27,640 bases of DNA from a virus. Taxonomy: Duplodnaviria; Caudoviricetes. Of the stretch, positions 1-5,904 are shown in pieces. The first letter of the stretch is position 1. Every line of letters starts with the position of its first letter. Location: the IMG/VR virus record IMGVR_UViG_3300032227_000093, positions 1 through 27,640 of that record; one strand, written 5' to 3'. The notes under the pieces are model-generated. The model had not been told where the DNA came from and searched no databases. It saw only the letters and a list, made by a program, of their open reading frames with translations. Made by a program: the position numbers and the translations under genes.

Positions 1-81
1 ACTGAGGGGTAAGTCAGTACTCGGCCTAGGGGCCTCGTAAGAGGCAACCGCAACGGGTCGCAAAGGTCTTCCCCGCTTTGC
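1..81. repeat. Cluster of short inverted repeats/hairpins in non-coding DNA
   Basis: actga/tcagt (1-18), ggcc/ggcc (23-34), gcctc-gtaa-gaggc (32-45), gcaaag/ctttgc (60-81). Confidence 0.6.
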
Positions 82-426
82 TCCCCTACTGTATATAAGG
101 CAGGAAATTTAACGCATTTCCCGCTTTGACTCCTGTGATCTTAGACACACTGCTATAAGTCCTGCTCAGACGGTATATTGTACCGGATCTCACACGGTTC
201 ACTTTAGCAAATATTTTTTGTTGGGGAGTATTAGGACCCACGCGGTCAGATTCAACAAGGGGGGGTTGGTTGCGCGGTGCTGTGCCGTATTGTGCAGACT
301 TAGACAGTACGGGGCAAGGTGTCTAGGGTGTTGCTAGTAAAAAAGGCGGGGCTGACTACAGTTTGGGCACACCCCTAATCCATTAACCCCGCAATTAAGT
401 AACCGCCTAATCGCCTGCACCCCGCA

Positions 427-457
427 ACCGATAGCACCCGCACCGATAGCCGATAAC
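427..457 (+). repeat. CCGATA short direct repeats
   Basis: accgatagc at 427 and 442, ccgataac at 450; accgatag again at 570. Confidence 0.5.
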
Positions 458-500
458 CCCGCGCCGCCCGTTACTAGATCGCGGTGCAATAGAATCCGGA

Positions 501-509
501 CGACACGCC
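501..509 (+). promoter_or_regulatory. CGACACGCC motif (GACAC core, candidate WhiA/WhiB site)
   Basis: Identical 9-mer on the - strand at 12533-12541, in the other promoter region. Confidence 0.5.
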
Positions 510-524
510 CGACTACGTTGTGAG

Positions 525-533
525 TTATCCACA
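525..533 (+). promoter_or_regulatory. Consensus DnaA box
   Basis: TTATCCACA exact match, inside the ttgtg...cacaa inverted repeat (518-534). Confidence 0.5.
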
Positions 534-579
534 AGCTAAAGGTTAGGCAGACACGGGCAGAATTACCGCACCGATAGAG

Positions 580-609
580 TTGCGCTATAGGGTAGAGCGG
601 GTTTACACT
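580..609 (+). promoter_or_regulatory. SigA-type early promoter
   Basis: TTGCGC-N18-TACACT upstream of AAAGGAG SD and the first + strand ORF. Confidence 0.55.
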
Positions 610-659
610 TAATCCACCGGCGCACCCGCGCCCTATACCGATTAAAGGAGAGTAAATAA

Positions 660-986
660 GTGAGCGATCTGAAAGAGTGCAATTGCTCTATAAGTAATGA
701 AATTGTATGCGGATTACATAAGACCGTTGCAACTTATCACGGCATAACTAAAGCAATATGCCTAAACTGCGGCAAGGTTACGCAAGACATAACCGCGCTA
801 GAGATCCTTAACGATCTTGATCCTATCTGCACCGGTTGCAATATGCACGCTATCGCTTGGCATAACACGCAAGGCGAGATCATAGTTACCGCGCAACTAG
901 ATCCGGATCAAGAGACCGCCCGCTATACGATTAAGGATACATATAAAGATCCGGCGCTTAATTGTGAGTGCGGTTATGGACACTAA
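660..986 (+). CDS. Cys-rich early hypothetical protein
   Basis: AAAGGAG SD; CNC, CLNC, CTGC and CEC motifs. Confidence 0.7.
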   Translation: MSDLKECNCSISNEIVCGLHKTVATYHGITKAICLNCGKVTQDITALEILNDLDPICTGCNMHAIAWHNTQGEIIVTAQLDPDQETARYTIKDTYKDPALNCECGYGH

Positions 987-990
987 TTCT

Positions 991-1122
991 ATGAATAAGA
1001 GACGCACCGCTAGTGAAATTATCCAAGACAATATAAAGATCTATGAAGAGAATAATATAAAGAATCTAGATGATCTAAATGCCTATACCCTAAAAATAAG
1101 ACTAGAGAATAAAGGAGAATAA
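991..1122 (+). pseudogene. Possible frameshifted small ORF
   Basis: MNKRR...EENNI stops at 1060-1062 in an ATATA run; removing 1 nt extends it to ...ENKGE* over the next gene's SD. Confidence 0.3.
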
Positions 1123-1126
1123 AGAT

Positions 1127-1441
1127 ATGAGCGCCGATACTGTAAAGTCTATGAAAGAAGAATTACGCGAGAGTCTTAAATATTCCACTATTGAAAATAT
1201 AAGAGATAGATCTGGAGAGTTTATAGACGGGTATCTTCCCGTCTATAATAACCGCATAATAGAAGAGTGGCAGAATATGCCTAGTAAGTACGATAATTGC
1301 GGGGCGGCAGAATTGGGCGCGGGCGGTGAGATAAATATCGTAAACCTTATGAGCCTTGACCTTTATCTTTACTATAGCGACCTATTTAGCGAAGCTATGA
1401 AAGAATTGGAAGAAGAGTTAGAAGAAGGGGCGGCGCAGTAA
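1127..1441 (+). CDS. Acidic early protein, Ocr-like DNA-mimic candidate
   Basis: 22 D/E vs 9 K/R in 104 aa; EFIDGYLPVYNNRII resembles Ocr AADNAVPHYYADIF; acidic C-terminal helix. Confidence 0.5.
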   Translation: MSADTVKSMKEELRESLKYSTIENIRDRSGEFIDGYLPVYNNRIIEEWQNMPSKYDNCGAAELGAGGEINIVNLMSLDLYLYYSDLFSEAMKELEEELEEGAAQ

Positions 1442-1572
1442 TGAGCGAGTTATTTTATACGCTAAGCGTAGCCGCGTACCTAATCGGGTGCGCGGTGCTA
1501 GCCGTCGCAATATGGGCGGGGATAGAGGGCGTCTATTGGATCTATTGCAAGGTGAGAGGGCGCGACTACTAA
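1441..1572 (+). CDS. Small membrane protein (43 aa)
   Basis: MSELFYTLSVAAYLIGCAVLAVAIWAGIEGVYWIYCKVRGRDY; TAATG coupling to the upstream gene. Confidence 0.7.
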   Translation: MSELFYTLSVAAYLIGCAVLAVAIWAGIEGVYWIYCKVRGRDY

Positions 1573-1578
1573 AGGCGT

Positions 1579-1649
1579 ACTATCTCGCACCGGTTAGCCG
1601 GTGCGGGGTAGTCTGCAATTAGCAGACCCGCACCGGTAACGCACCGGTG
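1579..1649 (+). other. Intergenic three-hairpin structured element
   Basis: 15-bp stem 1579-1612 (2 G-U on + strand), gtctgc/gcagac 1611-1627, caccggt/accggtg 1631-1649. Confidence 0.65.
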
Positions 1650-1679
1650 AGGGAGAGAGTGAGAGAGAGTGAGAGAGTA

Positions 1680-1838
1680 ATGACGATAGAGAAAGTACAC
1701 CCTAGCGGTGCGTGGAGAATATCCGGCGTAGTAGAGGGAGAGGGAGATCACTACTACCTTACCCGCGTTTATTACGGTTATAGTAAATGGCAAGCGATAC
1801 GCCTATGGCGTGAGCAGATTAAGGAGAGTGCGCTATGA
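1680..1838 (+). CDS. Hypothetical early protein (52 aa)
   Basis: ATG at 1680 after a GA-rich tract is a better start than GTG at 1647; ATGA coupling to the next gene. Confidence 0.75.
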   Translation: MTIEKVHPSGAWRISGVVEGEGDHYYLTRVYYGYSKWQAIRLWREQIKESAL

Positions 1839-2026
1839 GCGTAGAGATTAAGGTATCGCTAGGCGATATTTATATTACAACAACGCAAGACGATAGCGAA
1901 TTGGCAATTAAAGAGGCTATGCAGACAATAGCTAATGAGTTAGGTGTATCTATCTCCGAGAGTTCACAATATGAAATTGTGGGAGATAACTATCAAGACA
2001 CAATAGAGGGAGAGAGTAATGAGTAA
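1835..2026 (+). CDS. Acidic hypothetical protein
   Basis: AAGGAG SD, ATGA overlap. Confidence 0.75.
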   Translation: MSVEIKVSLGDIYITTTQDDSELAIKEAMQTIANELGVSISESSQYEIVGDNYQDTIEGESNE

Positions 2027-2132
2027 GTGCGCCGTATGTAATGAACCTATTGACCGCAACGCCACCGGCGTTAGCGTTGAAGAGTGGTGCGTATGGCATA
2101 CACGCCACGATAAAGAAGGAGAGGGAAAGTAA
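2019..2132 (+). CDS. Micro zinc-finger peptide (37 aa)
   Basis: MSKCAVC...WCVWH; strong SD, overlapping start/stop. Confidence 0.65.
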   Translation: MSKCAVCNEPIDRNATGVSVEEWCVWHTRHDKEGEGK

Positions 2133-2248
2133 TGGAATTGTGTACAGTCTGCGGTAATTCGGCTAAGTTTATAGAGATAGAGGGCGGTAATTACTACTGC
2201 CCTACCCATATCCTAAGTATGTACGGTATAGAGAGTGAGGGAGAGTAA
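2132..2248 (+). CDS. Micro zinc-finger peptide (38 aa)
   Basis: MELCTVC...YYCPTH; TAATG coupling at both ends. Confidence 0.7.
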   Translation: MELCTVCGNSAKFIEIEGGNYYCPTHILSMYGIESEGE

Positions 2249-2493
2249 TGAGCGAGCTAAAGACCGCGCAATTCTGGACAATAGTAGAGGGTGAGAGTGA
2301 GCAAGTGCGTACTTTCGCTCTAATACCGGCAGGGTGGGAAGACACGTTAGATCAACACCCGCAAGATGATGAGATCTTTTACTGGTGTGATGAGCAAGAG
2401 TGGCTAGCTCTAGGTGCCGGTGAAGTGTTAGGAGACGCGCAAGTAATCGCTTGCGCTTGTGATGAGTGCGAGCAAGAGAAAGAGGAAGAGTAA
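2248..2493 (+). CDS. Acidic hypothetical protein with C-terminal CACDEC
   Basis: ORF track; TAATG coupling at both ends. Confidence 0.75.
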   Translation: MSELKTAQFWTIVEGESEQVRTFALIPAGWEDTLDQHPQDDEIFYWCDEQEWLALGAGEVLGDAQVIACACDECEQEKEEE

Positions 2494-2645
2494 TGGCACT
2501 ATGGGAATTAAACACGCCGGATATGGGCGCTAATGCTAAGTGCGATTACTGCTCAGAAGTAGTAACTAACTGGTATGACTCAGAGGATCTAGGCAAGGCT
2601 ATATGTATCCCTTGCTTAGACGCCGGTAAGAGAGAGGATAAGTAA
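2493..2645 (+). CDS. Micro zinc-finger peptide (50 aa)
   Basis: MALWEL...CDYC...CIPC; TAATG coupling. Confidence 0.7.
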   Translation: MALWELNTPDMGANAKCDYCSEVVTNWYDSEDLGKAICIPCLDAGKREDK

Positions 2646-2749
2646 TGAGTGAGCCACGCGAAGAAGATGACATAGCTCTAGGGCTAGACGAAGAAGAGAT
2701 CGAAGATGAAACCTACGATACGCTAGACGAGAAATATGGAGATGACTAA
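2645..2749 (+). CDS. Very acidic micro-peptide (34 aa)
   Basis: MSEPREEDDIALGLDEEEIEDETYDTLDEKYGDD; 17/34 D/E. Confidence 0.65.
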   Translation: MSEPREEDDIALGLDEEEIEDETYDTLDEKYGDD

Positions 2750-2750
2750 T

Positions 2751-2885
2751 ATGGATACAGATACGAAAGAGTATTACGAAAGATTTACTATGACCCACGC
2801 TGAGCAAGTTAATAAGTTTGGTTGGTGTGTAGGTGAAGACGGCGAAGGGCATATCTGCAAGGGTTGCCCACAGGAGGCTAAGTAA
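2751..2885 (+). CDS. Cys/His micro-peptide (44 aa)
   Basis: MDTDTKEYY...WCVG...HICKGCP; GGAG SD, TAATG coupling. Confidence 0.65.
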   Translation: MDTDTKEYYERFTMTHAEQVNKFGWCVGEDGEGHICKGCPQEAK

Positions 2886-2986
2886 TGGAGATTAGAGAGT
2901 GTATCCAATGCTTCAATATGTATGACGAACCGGATAACCGCGAGGATACTTGCGAGTTCTGTCAAGGCAATTTAAGGAGAAGGTAA
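2885..2986 (+). CDS. Micro zinc-finger peptide (33 aa)
   Basis: MEIRECIQC...CEFC; AGGAGG SD. Confidence 0.7.
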   Translation: MEIRECIQCFNMYDEPDNREDTCEFCQGNLRRR

Positions 2987-3090
2987 TGAATACGACTTGC
3001 GATATATGCCAAGAAAATCCCGTAACCTATACGGGAGTAATGACGCTAAAAGGTGAGATCGCACTATGCGAGCCTTGCCATAACGACTAG
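2986..3090 (+). CDS. Micro zinc-finger peptide (34 aa)
   Basis: MNTTCDIC...CEPC; AAGGAG SD, TAATG coupling. Confidence 0.7.
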   Translation: MNTTCDICQENPVTYTGVMTLKGEIALCEPCHND

Positions 3091-3104
3091 AGAGGGAGAG
3101 GGTA

Positions 3105-3338
3105 ATGAATAAGGAATACTGGCAAGCGAAGGCTGATATATGTCGGAAGGTGGGCATAGAACAGCTAATCGAGGGAGATATCCCTAATGGAACACGCAAC
3201 CTAAAGAGAATGGTGAGGGCTATGGAAGAGTTAAACCTAATAAACGCACTAGAGGAAGAGAAGCCGGCTGCTGATATGTGGGCTAGCCTGATCGCCTCCG
3301 GACTTATGCTAACGGGAGAGGGGGAGAGCAATGAGTAA
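3105..3338 (+). CDS. Hypothetical protein
   Basis: GA-rich SD, helical-looking 77 aa ORF. Confidence 0.8.
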   Translation: MNKEYWQAKADICRKVGIEQLIEGDIPNGTRNLKRMVRAMEELNLINALEEEKPAADMWASLIASGLMLTGEGESNE

Positions 3339-3588
3339 ACTAGGTAAAGTAATAGCCTTTCACCCTGTTAAGTCGGGACTGAAGTTATTCTATGAGGTGA
3401 TAGAGCCGGACGGCGAGACTAGGTGGGGAGGAGAGCGAGTCTTTGACGCGCTTAGCTGGCTGAACCTTGCCCCGAAGGGGTCTAGACTGCTGGTATCGGG
3501 GTGGGAGAGCGAGGATTTAGACGCTCAACCGGTAGGACAACCGTTAGATATAACCGAGATGTATCAAATACTAAAGGGGGTGAATTGA
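3331..3588 (+). CDS. Hypothetical protein
   Basis: SD and 8-nt overlap with the upstream gene. Confidence 0.8.
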   Translation: MSKLGKVIAFHPVKSGLKLFYEVIEPDGETRWGGERVFDALSWLNLAPKGSRLLVSGWESEDLDAQPVGQPLDITEMYQILKGVN

Positions 3589-3677
3589 TGAGCCTATTTA
3601 TAGGGATACTGGTAGCATTAGTAGTTATATATGCGCTAATAGTACTAGAGGATAAACTTAATGACGATCAAAAGTAA
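3588..3677 (+). CDS. Small membrane peptide (29 aa)
   Basis: MSLFIGILVALVVIYALIVLEDKLNDDQK; TGATG coupling. Confidence 0.65.
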   Translation: MSLFIGILVALVVIYALIVLEDKLNDDQK

Positions 3678-3945
3678 AAGAGTGAGTGGCAAGCAGGCTA
3701 TCCACTACCGCAACTATAGACGGGCAAGAGATCGCGCACTAACGCGCCTATCACAAGCCTATCCGGAAACTTACAAGGAATTGTTAGAATTGGAGAAGGT
3801 AAATGACGATACGAGTGGTGCGAAATGGATTAATATTGACGGTAACAGTAGCCTTATTGTGGTTACTGGCACCGGAGATAAGCGAGAGGGAGTCATTATC
3901 GAAAGTGCCAGTTATATCGCAGAGGGAGAGGGCGAGCGCGAGTGA
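3661..3945 (+). CDS. Basic hypothetical protein
   Basis: RNYRRARDRALTRL basic helix; GAGGA SD; last 143 nt overlap the transglycosylase. Confidence 0.7.
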   Translation: MTIKSKRVSGKQAIHYRNYRRARDRALTRLSQAYPETYKELLELEKVNDDTSGAKWINIDGNSSLIVVTGTGDKREGVIIESASYIAEGEGERE

Positions 3946-4228
3946 GAAACGAAATAACAAGCGGATCGCAAGAGAATATAGTGCAGCTCTCGGCTATACG
4001 AAGAGAGAGACACATTGCCTCATCACCTTATGGACCCGTGAAAGCAGGTTTGACCACCTTGCAAAGAACCAGCAGGGATCAAGCGCTTACGGAATTGCTC
4101 AGCTCCTTAGAGAGCGTAGTAGCAGCCCTGAACTCCAAGTCCTACACGGCATTAGATACATTAGCCATCGCTATTCAGGGAGCGCGTGTCGCGCTCTCAG
4201 CCACTCCAATAGAAGAGGGTGGTACTGA
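3803..4228 (+). CDS. Membrane-anchored/secreted lytic transglycosylase (SLT-like)
   Basis: N-terminal hydrophobic segment; CLITLWTRES (catalytic E), SSAYGIAQ, GIRYISHRY, C-terminal GWY. Confidence 0.85.
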   Translation: MTIRVVRNGLILTVTVALLWLLAPEISERESLSKVPVISQRERASASEKRNNKRIAREYSAALGYTKRETHCLITLWTRESRFDHLAKNQQGSSAYGIAQLLRERSSSPELQVLHGIRYISHRYSGSACRALSHSNRRGWY

Positions 4229-4232
4229 GTGA
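3942..4232 (+). CDS. Candidate overprinted ORF within the transglycosylase (96 aa)
   Basis: GTGA-coupled to the stop of 3661-3945 and to the methyltransferase start; GAGGG 9 nt upstream. Confidence 0.35.
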   Translation: MRNEITSGSQENIVQLSAIRRERHIASSPYGPVKAGLTTLQRTSRDQALTELLSSLESVVAALNSKSYTALDTLAIAIQGARVALSATPIEEGGTE

Positions 4233-4864
4233 AACTCCTTGACCTTTATTGCAAGGCAGGGGGAGCGAGCAAGGGTTATGCTGACGCTGGCTTTGAAGTA
4301 GTCGGTATAGATATCAAGAAGCAGAAGCGATATCCCTATGAGTTTATACAAGCCGACTGCTTGGAGATATTGCAGGATATGAATTACCTACAATCCTTTG
4401 ATGTTATCGCAGCTAGTCCTCCTTGCCAAACACACTCTAGAACCAAGCATCTTAGAGATGCACAAGGTAAGTCCACTGATAAGGTAGATCTTATTCCGCA
4501 GACTAGAGAAGCCTTGATCGCTAGCGGTGTACCGTATGTGATAGAGAACGTGCCGGGAGCTCCGTTGATTAACCCAGTACAATTTTGTGGTTCATCATTT
4601 GGATTAAAGGTACGCCGGCATAGACTCTTTGAGTCCAATATAAAATTAACCGGATCTATCTGCGATCATAAGACGCAAGGCAAACCGGTAGGTATCTACG
4701 GTTCAATGCGTGATGAGATACCAAAGGGTGGACATACCGCTAAATCTATAGAGGAAGCACGCGAGGCTATGGGAATTGACTGGATGTTATGGGGAGATTT
4801 AGTGGAAGCCATACCGCCACGATATACTTATGAAATAGGTAAGCAACTTATATCTGTGCTATAG
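4229..4864 (+). CDS. Short C5 cytosine DNA methyltransferase
   Basis: Motif I LDLYCKAGG, IV SPPCQ, VI ENV, VIII RRHRLF. Confidence 0.9.
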   Translation: MKLLDLYCKAGGASKGYADAGFEVVGIDIKKQKRYPYEFIQADCLEILQDMNYLQSFDVIAASPPCQTHSRTKHLRDAQGKSTDKVDLIPQTREALIASGVPYVIENVPGAPLINPVQFCGSSFGLKVRRHRLFESNIKLTGSICDHKTQGKPVGIYGSMRDEIPKGGHTAKSIEEAREAMGIDWMLWGDLVEAIPPRYTYEIGKQLISVL

Positions 4865-4865
4865 T
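4857..4865 (+). promoter_or_regulatory. Extended -10 element
   Basis: TG-c-TATAGT overlapping the methyltransferase stop codon. Confidence 0.45.
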
Positions 4866-4871
4866 TTAATC

Positions 4872-4950
4872 CTTGCGGATAGGTCTGCCTTCTACCTAAC
4901 CGCACCTAAGTAGCCTCACCGTAACACTCTCCGGTGGGGCTACTTCTTTT
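4872..4950 (+). ncRNA. Candidate ~80-nt small RNA
   Basis: Extended -10, hairpin 4874-4904, then terminator; no ORF. Confidence 0.35.
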
Positions 4951-4951
4951 T
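4908..4951 (+). terminator. Intrinsic terminator between convergent operons
   Basis: aagtagcctcaccg / cggtggggctactt 14-bp stem followed by cttttt. Confidence 0.85.
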
Positions 4952-5120
4952 AATTATCGGTAGTATAAAAACCTTTACCCTTAAAGGTGATAGCGGGAGA
5001 GGACCACACTCGCTGCATAGACTTGTGGCAATCAGTACACATAGGTTCTATTACCTCAGCGTGGATAGACTGCTCGACTTCTCTGGTGCTACCGCAGTCG
5101 CAGTTAAAAGAATAGATCAT
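4950..5120 (-). CDS. FmdB-like zinc ribbon protein (56 aa)
   Basis: MIYSFNCDCG...CTDC...MQRVWSSPAITFKGKGFYTTDN; ATGA coupling. Confidence 0.85.
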   Translation of the reverse strand: MIYSFNCDCGSTREVEQSIHAEVIEPMCTDCHKSMQRVWSSPAITFKGKGFYTTDN

Positions 5121-5524
5121 AGCTTTACCGCCTCGTTTATGTATTTTTCAAACTCTTGCGCTCTTTCTTTTGTCGCCTCGTAATGCCCTAATGCTACGTT
5201 ACATTTATTGCAAAGCAACCCTCTTACCTCACCTGTATTGTGATCGTGGTCTACGCACAACATACGGACTTCATCATTTTTGTTTTTGTTTTTCTTTGCT
5301 GTTTCAGTCTGTCCACATATCTTACAAACCCCGCCTTGTGCATCAAACATAAGGTTATAGTCTTCAAGCGTAAGATTAAACCTTAACTTGAGCATACCGT
5401 TTTTGCGTTTATCTTTATTGTTATCCCGATAATTCTTTTGGTATTCTCTTTCTTTAGGAGAGTTTCTTAGACGGTACTTACGCTGGTACTCCCTATGATA
5501 TTTTCTTTTATCTTCTATATTCAT
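5117..5524 (-). CDS. Endonuclease VII-type (His-Me) endonuclease, probable homing endonuclease
   Basis: QGGVCKIC...LCVDHDHNTGEVRGLLCNKCN; AT-rich; flanked by a 12-nt direct repeat. Confidence 0.9.
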   Translation of the reverse strand: MNIEDKRKYHREYQRKYRLRNSPKEREYQKNYRDNNKDKRKNGMLKLRFNLTLEDYNLMFDAQGGVCKICGQTETAKKNKNKNDEVRMLCVDHDHNTGEVRGLLCNKCNVALGHYEATKERAQEFEKYINEAVKL

Positions 5525-5904
5525 AGCTTTACTGCTTCCTCGATTGCCAGGTAACCTACTAACTTGTAAGTCTTGTCTTTGTTCTCAAACTCCGTAGACA
5601 CCGGCATCACTTGTGTATACCATTCTGGTTCTGGTAGATCCATAAGGTCAAAGGAATAGATACCGAGTGGAGTCGAGTTGATGTAGTACGGAATAAGATC
5701 CCGTTCTGCTGCTTGGGTAATCAGTTTGCGATACTTCATCTCTTCGATAAGCAGGGTTGGATAGTGAGTCTGTCTGCATTTAAGTTCGATATAGTGAGCA
5801 GCTTTGGCGCTGGTGCAATCATAAGAGTCATAGATCCCCGGCGACTTAACTAAGTCTGGGTAAAGGCTCTGTTGAAGGTAGTTAAATAACTCTTCTTCTT
5901 TCAT
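5521..5904 (-). CDS. PD-(D/E)xK-fold nuclease-like protein
   Basis: E...YDSYDC...IELKCR motif. Confidence 0.7.
   Translation of the reverse strand: MKEEELFNYLQQSLYPDLVKSPGIYDSYDCTSAKAAHYIELKCRQTHYPTLLIEEMKYRKLITQAAERDLIPYYINSTPLGIYSFDLMDLPEPEWYTQVMPVSTEFENKDKTYKLVGYLAIEEAVKL

Noticed and set aside
134-149. CRP-like site TGTGA-N6-ACACA
   Set aside because: Single imperfect match with no linked promoter identified; too weak to call
334-534. - strand 66-aa ORF in the control region
   Set aside because: No SD or recognisable motif; overlaps repeats and binding-site-like motifs
1569-3331. Several - strand ORFs (1569-1793, 1964-2209, 2213-2515, 2616-2852, 2774-2965, 2972-3331)
   Set aside because: Leu/Ser-rich shadows of the purine-rich + strand, which is tiled by coupled ORFs with SDs
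1650-3340. CRISPR-like array interpretation of the repeated junctions
   Set aside because: Repeats are degenerate SD motifs, and the spacers are 100-250 nt and coding; the Cas4-like gene is a normal phage exonuclease
4226-4231. Stop read-through fusing transglycosylase and methyltransferase (same frame, TGA-GTG)
   Set aside because: The methyltransferase has its own SD, and fusing a secreted enzyme to a cytoplasmic one is implausible
3942-4232. Nested ORF as an Rz1-type spanin
   Set aside because: No signal peptide, lipobox or Cys; not in the lysis cassette
4884-4891. sRNA loop TCTGCCTT complementary to the RBS of the 20704-21666 gene (21670-21677)
   Set aside because: An 8-nt match is expected roughly once by chance in this much sequence
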